A stretch of 64,000 nucleotides of DNA, from contig OY762654.1 in NCBI GenBank assembly GCA_963666205.1, forward strand, positions 2,304,001-2,368,000, given 5' to 3'. Below are positions 58,301 through 64,000 of this stretch, in pieces (the first letter of the stretch is position 1; the number at the start of each line of letters is the position of its first letter). Made by a program: the position numbers and the translations under genes. Under the pieces are notes generated by a model. The model saw nothing but the letters and a program-made list of their open reading frames with translations. It made no database searches and was not told the DNA's origin. The DNA is from Synergistales bacterium. GTDB lineage: Bacteria > Synergistota > Synergistia > Synergistales > JAFGMB01.

Positions 58301-58537
58301 AGGATGATGTTCATCCAATATGTCTTTGATTACATCAGCAGTTAGGGGTTGAATATATACCAGGTCTGCCATTGACTGGTCTGTCTGAATAGTAGCTGGA
58401 TTGCTGTTGAGAAGGATAACCTTTACTCCCTCTTCTTTCAGAGCTCTGCAGGCCTGGCTTCCGGAGTAGTCAAATTCGGCAGCCTGACCGATCCTTATAG
58501 GTCCTGAACCGAGCACTAATATGGTTTTGTCGGTCAT
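55400..58537 (-). CDS. carB: Carbamoyl-phosphate synthase large subunit
   Basis: GSGPIRIGQAAEFDYSG, two ATP-grasp domains (EVNPR, EANPRASR), MGS-like C-terminus. Confidence 0.97.
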   Translation of the reverse strand: MTDKTILVLGSGPIRIGQAAEFDYSGSQACRALKEEGVKVILLNSNPATIQTDQSMADLVYIQPLTADVIKDILDEHHPYGVVATLGGQTALNLCVQCEETGMWAAYGTRILGTPVASILKAEGRDAFRRTMLSIGQPVVPSRYVSTVEEALDFCSNDKYPFIIRPDFTLGGTGGGVARDIEELKERVSVGLRASPVNRVLVERYLEGWREIEAEVVRDSTGNSLCVCSMENIDPMGIHTGDSIVVSPVLTLNDRQWQKLRKASLDIVDAIGVEGACNVQLALHPEGNEYAVIEVNPRASRSSALASKATGYPIARMAAKIALGKTLTEMPNPVTGIGSSLSEPALDYVVVKLPRWPFDSFPQADTTLGTKMKATGEVLALGLTFNQALLKAFRSLDGPDRLRDQIISEMEEDSLWKEVLLPTDRRIQSILQLLRRGITSSEISKKTWIHPYFIEQLKQISDLERKLSDAPLSEKNLIQAKKMGLSDESIAFFSGIDLENVQKIKVDTGLKKAYREVDGCAGEIPSGSGYYYGTYGPGGDPFPADERPAIAVIGSGAIRIAQGVEFDYCCVKAVEAVRKRNYRAVMINNNPETVSTDHDISDALYVEPIHEEDVMDVLERERISGVFTSFGGQTSLKMGQQLDKRGIRILGNTCDSVDATEDRGRFASILDKLAILHPKGDTASTEAEALEIAKDIGFPLMVRPNFVIGGIAMQVVNRSEEFLDVVRAAFAAEPDQKILIDRFLPGKEFEIDALCDGEDVLIPGIFEHLDPAGVHSGDSIAIFPDISLTDAQRNDICESVMKLSSHLDLKGLMNVQFVLNQGTVYVIEANPRASRTIPIVSKLTQIPMVDIAVGIALGEKLRDTFSKRGLYEYKGPFGVKTPVFSTEKLPGLDHRLGPQMQSTGEALGVHGTVSQALWEALRGSEWKIPEKGRILLSVRNERKGDTPAIAALFASHGWNVDATPGTADLLEKWGLKVGSARKGEKLLDDIRNRKWDLIINLPGLHPGNIKDGYAIRRTAIEEGIPCLHSLEAASAVAIALSSDRL

Positions 58538-59580
58538 TCCCGTTTACCTCCCGTTTTTTCAAGAAAATGATCGAAAAGAATACTTGCATCCCATGGACCT
58601 GGACTTGCTTCAGGGTGAAACTGAACTCCAAAAGCGTTGAACTTCTCATGTTCAACTCCTTCAACCGTTCCATCCGAGAGGTGGCGAAATGTTGTCTTTA
58701 AACCAGTTCCTTCAAGAGTTTCTTCAATTATGGCATAACCGTGGTTCTGACTTGTAACGTAGCCTTTCCCTGAATTCTCCTCAAGGACAGGCTGGTTTGC
58801 CCCCCTGTGGCCGTAGGGCAGTTTGGCTGTTTTGGCTCCGCATGAAAGAGCAAGAAGCTGAGTTCCAAGACATATGCCGAAAAGGGGTAGTTTTCCCAGA
58901 AGTTCCTTTATTGTATTTGTTTCTTCTTCCAGCAGGGAAGGATCCCCTGGTCCATTACTCAGGATAAGGCCATCAAGTTGGGATAAAAGTATTTTTTCAG
59001 AAGATGTGTTATGGGGAAGAAGGGTCACTCTGCAATTCCTTTTTTCAAGTTCCCGTACGATATTCTGTTTCACTCCGAAATCCAGGATGCCGATGTGAGT
59101 GTTCCCCTGGCCATGAGATATTATTTGTTTTACCGAAACATCTGAAACAAGGGAATTCGGCAGGGTGTTCATTGATGGGATAGAAATATCGTCTGAAATC
59201 CGACCCATAAGGGTTCCGCACTCTCTCAAATGAAGGATAAGTCCTCTGCAGTCAAGGTCTGATAAAAGGGGTACATTCCATTGTTCAAGCCATTGTTCAA
59301 GCTGGACTACTTCCTTTACGGGTGATATCTCCAGATTCTGAACAATGACCGCGGATATCCATGGTCTTGTGCCCTCGAGATGATCCAGGTCTACACCATA
59401 TATACCTATAGGAGGAAATGCGAAAACAAGTATCTGGCCTTTGTAGGAAGGATCGCTCAGAGATTGTGGATAGCCTCCGTTTGCGGTGGTAAAGACAACT
59501 TCTCCCTCAATATTCTGCAGAGGAGTTCTACTGGAACCTGACCAGAATGTTCCGTCTGACAGGGTAAGCCAGTATTTCAT
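58534..59580 (-). CDS. carA: Carbamoyl-phosphate synthase small subunit
   Basis: GEVVF, DPSY.GQI, LSNGPGDP, GICLG, SQNHG, QFHPE. Confidence 0.96.
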   Translation of the reverse strand: MKYWLTLSDGTFWSGSSRTPLQNIEGEVVFTTANGGYPQSLSDPSYKGQILVFAFPPIGIYGVDLDHLEGTRPWISAVIVQNLEISPVKEVVQLEQWLEQWNVPLLSDLDCRGLILHLRECGTLMGRISDDISIPSMNTLPNSLVSDVSVKQIISHGQGNTHIGILDFGVKQNIVRELEKRNCRVTLLPHNTSSEKILLSQLDGLILSNGPGDPSLLEEETNTIKELLGKLPLFGICLGTQLLALSCGAKTAKLPYGHRGANQPVLEENSGKGYVTSQNHGYAIIEETLEGTGLKTTFRHLSDGTVEGVEHEKFNAFGVQFHPEASPGPWDASILFDHFLEKTGGKRE

Positions 59581-59660
59581 TTCGTACACCTCCCGAAGTA
59601 ATAGTAAAATAAAGTTAAAAAAAATCAGAAACATTAACCAATGTTTATATTTTCCGGGTA

Positions 59661-59688
59661 ATTATACATGTAACGAGGGATAAGTCAA
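59661..59688 (-). promoter_or_regulatory. carAB promoter
   Basis: TTGACT-16 bp-TATAAT on the minus strand. Confidence 0.7.
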
Positions 59689-59734
59689 CACGAATAATAG
59701 TCATGGTGAATTCTGTCTTGGATCTGTTGCTCAC

Positions 59735-59771
59735 AAAATGTCCCGGAACATCAATTGATCGTTCCGGGACA
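59735..59771 (-). terminator. Terminator of the DHODH-like gene
   Basis: tgtcccggaac...gttccgggaca, followed by tttt on the minus strand. Confidence 0.7.
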
Positions 59772-59804
59772 GTGTAACCTTTTCTCTCGGAAATGAAAAG
59801 AAAT

Positions 59805-60818
59805 TCAGAAAAGGGGATAATCTCCTATGCTTTTTCCAGAATCAAGAAGGATCTTAACATATTGTGCCCTTTCATATGCATATGGATCGGTGCTTTGACT
59901 CCTGTCCATAATCCCTCTGAAACTTTCCAGATCTTCAAAACCGTTATTTCTCATCCACTCATGGATCTCTTCGAGAACTGAACCAAGCCAGGATATACTG
60001 TGAAGGTAGAGTGAGCTTACCATCTGAACACAGTTTGCTCCTGCAAGGATCATCTTGATTACGTCTTTTCCAGAATGGATTCCGGTGCTGCAGCAGATAT
60101 CACCCTTCAGCCTTCCATGCAAAAGAGCTGCAAAGCGCATAGGAAGCCTGTTCTCGAGGGGGCTACTGAGATCAAAAGTATATCTGGAAGATCTGTCATA
60201 AATGTCTATATCGGGTTGGAAAAAACGGTTGAACAGGATAAATGCATCTGCTCCGGCTCTGTCCATTTTTACCATCACATTCAGCGGATTAGTGTAAAAG
60301 GGACTCAGCTTTACGCTTACAGGAATGTTTATTGATTCCTTGACTTTACGGATTATTCTGACCTCATTATCCTCAAGATCTGAGGATGTTCTGTCAAATC
60401 TTAGAGGAACGGAATAAAAATTAAGTTCAAGTCCATCTATTCCAGTTGATTCAAGCCTTTTGGCCCAATCCACCCATATTTCTTCCCTGGTTGCGTTAAG
60501 GCTTGCGAATACAGGAATACTCAGGTTTTCCCTGGCTTTCTGTACCCATTTCAGATGTTCTTCCGGGATGGAAAGATCATCCTGCGATGGTAGATTCAGT
60601 TCTGTCTGATGCATTCCCCCAAGATCCAGAAAAGAATCTTCGAGCCTTTCTGTTTCTGTGTTTATCTGTTCTTCAAAAAGAGATGCAGTTACTATGGCCG
60701 CAGCTCCCTCTTCTTCAATTTTTTTTAAAAGGTCCATATCTGCAGTAAGCTTACTTGCTCCAACGATAAGGGGATTTTTTAATTCTATGCCCATATAACT
60801 GGTTTTAAGCTCAGTCAT
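59805..60818 (-). CDS. Dihydroorotate dehydrogenase-like FMN protein
   Basis: YMG.ELKNPL, SLFEEQI, LELN, PVSVKLSP, LFNRF.QPDID, YERAQY; ELNFY replaces the catalytic ELN.SCPN loop. Confidence 0.88.
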   Translation of the reverse strand: MTELKTSYMGIELKNPLIVGASKLTADMDLLKKIEEEGAAAIVTASLFEEQINTETERLEDSFLDLGGMHQTELNLPSQDDLSIPEEHLKWVQKARENLSIPVFASLNATREEIWVDWAKRLESTGIDGLELNFYSVPLRFDRTSSDLEDNEVRIIRKVKESINIPVSVKLSPFYTNPLNVMVKMDRAGADAFILFNRFFQPDIDIYDRSSRYTFDLSSPLENRLPMRFAALLHGRLKGDICCSTGIHSGKDVIKMILAGANCVQMVSSLYLHSISWLGSVLEEIHEWMRNNGFEDLESFRGIMDRSQSTDPYAYERAQYVKILLDSGKSIGDYPLF

Positions 60819-60958
60819 TTATAATACCTCCCTTTACCATTCAATAGTATTCCCTCGTTAAATTGTATCCTACTGATGCAACCATATCAACATTTTACTA
60901 CAAAGATGTGTGAAACACGTCTTATCTGGAAATAAGAGTATTTCAGCCTAGCGAGTAG

Positions 60959-61105
60959 TTAGCCAGCCCTGGTTATGAAAAGAGAAAACCTTTCTTCTTC
61001 AGAATAGGTGGCTAATGATCTTGTCCCGAGTTCACTAAAGGCCTTCAATACTTTAATAGCTATTTCTCCACGATTTGCTCCAGGAAGCCTCTTTATTCCA
61101 GCAAT
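60959..61105 (-). pseudogene. pyc: N-terminal remnant of pyruvate carboxylase / biotin carboxylase
   Basis: IKRLPGANRGEIAIKVLKAFSELGTRSLATYSEEERFSLFITRAG* matches the K.LVANRGEIAIR...ELG..TVAIYSEED..SL start of Pyc. Confidence 0.75.
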
Positions 61106-61581
61106 ATGACTTTTCTTTTAAAGAAAGATTCTGCACAGTATAGAAATGATCCTGACTTCTTCAATCCAATGCTTTTAATGTTCTCTTTAACTCTTTCCTG
61201 ATCCTGAAACTGGTTTAATGAGACTCAGGACCTAAGCTGATGGGTATTTTTAGTTCTATAGACCCAGGGTGGATATGCCAATAGCCCTATACGTCACCTA
61301 GTCGACATAATATAATGACATTAATTCTATAATGAAATAATGTACAACTTTACACTGATAAATATTTGTATGTTTTGCTTATTCGTGGTGTAACTCTATT
61401 TTGCCTTTTAAATCCATTATCAGTTATTCCATATCCGATAAAAGAATTTTATGATAAAGGCTTTTTCCGCTTAAGACCCTGTATCGGAAGGAGGAGTGCA
61501 GTTGGTGAGAACTGATTCATTTTCCAGATAGCGAAGGAAATATTTCTCGTTTACTATTCAGAAAGAGTTGTTTTTGAGATC

Positions 61582-61665
61582 AAACGAAAAGGCAAAGCTG
61601 CCGAAAGGCGGTGACGCAAAGCCGCGGGTCTAAAGTTGAAAAACCATGACAGCCGGGCTGCCGAA
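61582..61665 (+). ncRNA. Cyclic di-GMP-I (GEMM) riboswitch
   Basis: GGCAAA-gctgcc-GAAA-ggcggt-GACGCAAA-gcc..gggtCTAA...TGac.gc.gggctgCC; GNRA tetraloop and receptor; lies 5' of the next CDS. Confidence 0.93.
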
Positions 61666-61694
61666 CCTATTGTAATGTAGGGGAGGTATTTACT

Positions 61695-63842
61695 ATGCGA
61701 ATTAAATCAGGTGTTGTAGCTATTGTAGCCCTTTGTTTGGTGTTTCTCTTCGCTTCCGCTTCAGTCGCGGAGATCCCTCCGGGATGGGAAAAGGTAGGAG
61801 ACGGAGGGCTTGTTGACGGCACTCCTGCCCCAGGTGGGCCTTACGACTCAAAACCTGCAAGGAACAATTCCTATGCGTGGTCCATGGGGACTCTCCAGTG
61901 TGAGGAAGATCTTTATCTTTACATTGGGGCTTATCGTAATTTCCCTCACGGTGCATTTCTTGGACCCATTTCTCCCTTCCCCATAGATTCTTCCCTCTTC
62001 GGGGAGAGCATTCCGCCTGAAGAGACCTGGGATCTTGGAACAGTGGAGATCATGCGCAAGAATATCACCGATGACGGGCCGTGGGAGATAGTGCCCCTGA
62101 CCCCTTATGTGGGTGCCGGAGACCTTTCCGGGAACCAGGGGTTCCGGAAAATGTACAGTTACAAGGATGTGCTTTATGCCGGGACCATGAACATGAAGTT
62201 GACATTCCAGGGTTGGGATGGGGTACCCAAGATCCTGGCAATAAGCAATTGTGAAGATGAACCTGTTGATGTAAGCCCGCCTGTTGTTTCTGCTGATCTT
62301 GAGGAGAACAAGGCTTACTCATACAGGGGAATGGTGGAGCATAATGAGATTTTCTATGTTGCCTATGAATATGGTGTTTTTTCCAGTATAGATCCTTCTT
62401 CGGGCTGGAGCCGACTTTCTGATAACGGAAGGATGGGTTATATCACAGACCTGGTCTCTTTCCAGGGTAGCCTGTGGGCAGTGACCAGTGATGGAGAGGA
62501 TGGATGGAGGCTTTTCAGATGGCATCCCACCCTGACCCCTTTCGGGAACCCTGTTCTCAACGGGTCATGGGAAGACATGACACCTTCATTAAAACAGGCT
62601 GTTCATGTTGGAGCAAATGGTTTTGTGTACGATGATCATCTTTATATAGCCACCCTGAACGGTGGATTCCCCCTCTATGATGTGGATCTTCTAAACGCGG
62701 ATGTGCAGACTCTCCTTGATAGAATGATAAAGGTTTTCTACCCATCCTACCTGTATCGTTTTGATGGAGAGAACTGGGAAACCGTAATGGGAAACGGGAT
62801 AGGTATAAAAGGGCCCGGTTTTGGCGTTCCTACCAACGTATATCTCTGGACGAACGGGATCCATGATGGGGATCTCTACATCTCCACCTTTGACTTGAGA
62901 TCTATGTTTTATGCCATTGACTGGGACAACATTGAACTCATCGAAACCGGAGACAACGTGATGGTGGATGCCCTGAAATCCCTGGTATCGGTCCACATAA
63001 TGGGACTTTGCCAGATGGCAGGTATTACACTTCCTCAAGCACCAACACTCTCTGAAATAGTGCATGCCTTCCTGAACCATGGATCACCTGTGGGTTTCGA
63101 CCTCTTCCGCTCCGAGGACGGGGTCAACTTTGAACCGGTTATGCAGGATGGTTTCGGGGATCCTATGCAGTATGGAGGACGCACCATGCTGACCACCCGG
63201 GAGAACTGCAAGGATATCCTCTGGCTCGGAACAGCCAATCCCGGAAATGGTTGCCAGGTATGGCGTTATGAGAAGGTCCCCCTTGCGACTGAGACTGAAG
63301 GGTTCTTCCCCGATCCTGATGGCATCAGATATTCGGTCAGAGTAACTCCCTGCAGCGAGGAGAACAATGGAGAAGTAAGCGGGGATATCCGGGAAACCCT
63401 TGTGGATGTTGCTTCACTGCTGTCTGGTGTTGCCACTGAGGATGACAGTGTCTTCTTCGAGCTGGAACTTGTCGCCTCTGATGATATCTGCTCCGTTGAG
63501 TTATGTGTATATCTGGATGAGGCTGAAAATGAGTGGCTTCCTGAAACCCAGCCAAACCTGTGGTGGTTCGATGGTGTGGAGTGGAATGAACTGGATGTTA
63601 TATGGACCGACCTTGGAGAGGGTCAGTGGAAGGCATGTGCAGAACTTCCAGGTGAAAGCTGGGGGAGCGTATTTGCAGCAGCTCTTGATCCATCAATCTT
63701 TGAGGCTGATGTTCCCTCTGGCGAAGAGCCGGGTGGAAGTACTGGCGGAGGCTCAGGGTGTAATGTAGGCAGTGTCCTCCCTGGCATGTTACTGGTTGTT
63801 ATGCCTCTTATAGTTCTCTTTTCGAGAAAAAATATCAAGTAA
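61695..63842 (+). CDS. Surface protein with SYNERG-CTERM sorting signal, probably beta-propeller-rich
   Basis: Signal peptide; repeated LY.GT and GFG...N/Q.Y motifs; C-terminal GGGSGCNVG + hydrophobic helix + RK. Confidence 0.88.
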   Translation: MRIKSGVVAIVALCLVFLFASASVAEIPPGWEKVGDGGLVDGTPAPGGPYDSKPARNNSYAWSMGTLQCEEDLYLYIGAYRNFPHGAFLGPISPFPIDSSLFGESIPPEETWDLGTVEIMRKNITDDGPWEIVPLTPYVGAGDLSGNQGFRKMYSYKDVLYAGTMNMKLTFQGWDGVPKILAISNCEDEPVDVSPPVVSADLEENKAYSYRGMVEHNEIFYVAYEYGVFSSIDPSSGWSRLSDNGRMGYITDLVSFQGSLWAVTSDGEDGWRLFRWHPTLTPFGNPVLNGSWEDMTPSLKQAVHVGANGFVYDDHLYIATLNGGFPLYDVDLLNADVQTLLDRMIKVFYPSYLYRFDGENWETVMGNGIGIKGPGFGVPTNVYLWTNGIHDGDLYISTFDLRSMFYAIDWDNIELIETGDNVMVDALKSLVSVHIMGLCQMAGITLPQAPTLSEIVHAFLNHGSPVGFDLFRSEDGVNFEPVMQDGFGDPMQYGGRTMLTTRENCKDILWLGTANPGNGCQVWRYEKVPLATETEGFFPDPDGIRYSVRVTPCSEENNGEVSGDIRETLVDVASLLSGVATEDDSVFFELELVASDDICSVELCVYLDEAENEWLPETQPNLWWFDGVEWNELDVIWTDLGEGQWKACAELPGESWGSVFAAALDPSIFEADVPSGEEPGGSTGGGSGCNVGSVLPGMLLVVMPLIVLFSRKNIK

Positions 63843-63863
63843 TAAAACAGGAAGCTGATTAAC

Positions 63864-63901
63864 GCGGGGCTCCTCCAAAAGGGGAGCCCCGCTCTTTGTT
63901 T
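63864..63901 (+). terminator. Intrinsic terminator
   Basis: gcggggctcctc-caaaa-ggggagccccgc followed by tctttgttt. Confidence 0.85.
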
Positions 63902-64000
63902 AGTTTCCAGGCGAAGATGAATATTTATTCTATCTGATAATTAATAAATCTGGTTCCTACTTATAGTGTATATGAAGTATCCTCTCGGGGATCGAAGGAT

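Noticed and set aside
61255-61300. GYWHIHPG on the minus strand as a JAB/MPN remnant
   Set aside because: Only an 8-residue resemblance beside a stop codon, with no further support
61582-61665. c-AMP-GMP (GEMM-Ib) specificity
   Set aside because: The position equivalent to Vc2 G20 is G (aGGCAAA), which fits c-di-GMP
361-63838. The many short antisense or alternate-frame ORFs in the track (e.g. 4737-5243, 27898-28440, 57528-58301)
   Set aside because: They overlap well-supported genes, lack RBS or family motifs, and are shadows of coding sequence or repeats

Overview
Chromosomal core-metabolism window from an anaerobic bacterium, almost certainly a Synergistota member (SYNERG-CTERM surface protein, Synergistota-style prepilin, NiFe-HydABCSL-type hydrogenase). 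It holds a TRAP transporter, a partly decayed hom-lysC-ridA-thrC cluster, an ilvN-ilvC-ilvB-ilvH operon, pyrRBCKD, carAB, iscR-iscS-iscU and several single genes. The centrepiece (22.8-38.7 kb) is a pair of same-strand operons. Each starts with a near-identical 2.2-kb NuoE/thioredoxin-like/NuoF electron-bifurcating module. One ends in a selenocysteine formate dehydrogenase plus focA/mobA/fdhD, the other in a group-3 [NiFe] hydrogenase. Features missed by the ORF track: three UGA-recoded selenoproteins (FdhF, an exported rhodanese with a double-Sec U-A-U motif, and a BFD-like protein with Sec in a Cys-rich tail), each with a candidate SECIS hairpin; two tandem Ile-rich leader-peptide attenuators plus a third, Leu-rich relic; a c-di-GMP-I riboswitch; paralogous promoters for the twin redox operons; and several decayed gene remnants (multicopper oxidase, hom, DUF711, rhodanese, ilvC, pyc, possibly polX). 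I saw no CRISPR array, rRNA, tRNA or mobile element. All calls come from reading the sequence by eye; no searches were run.
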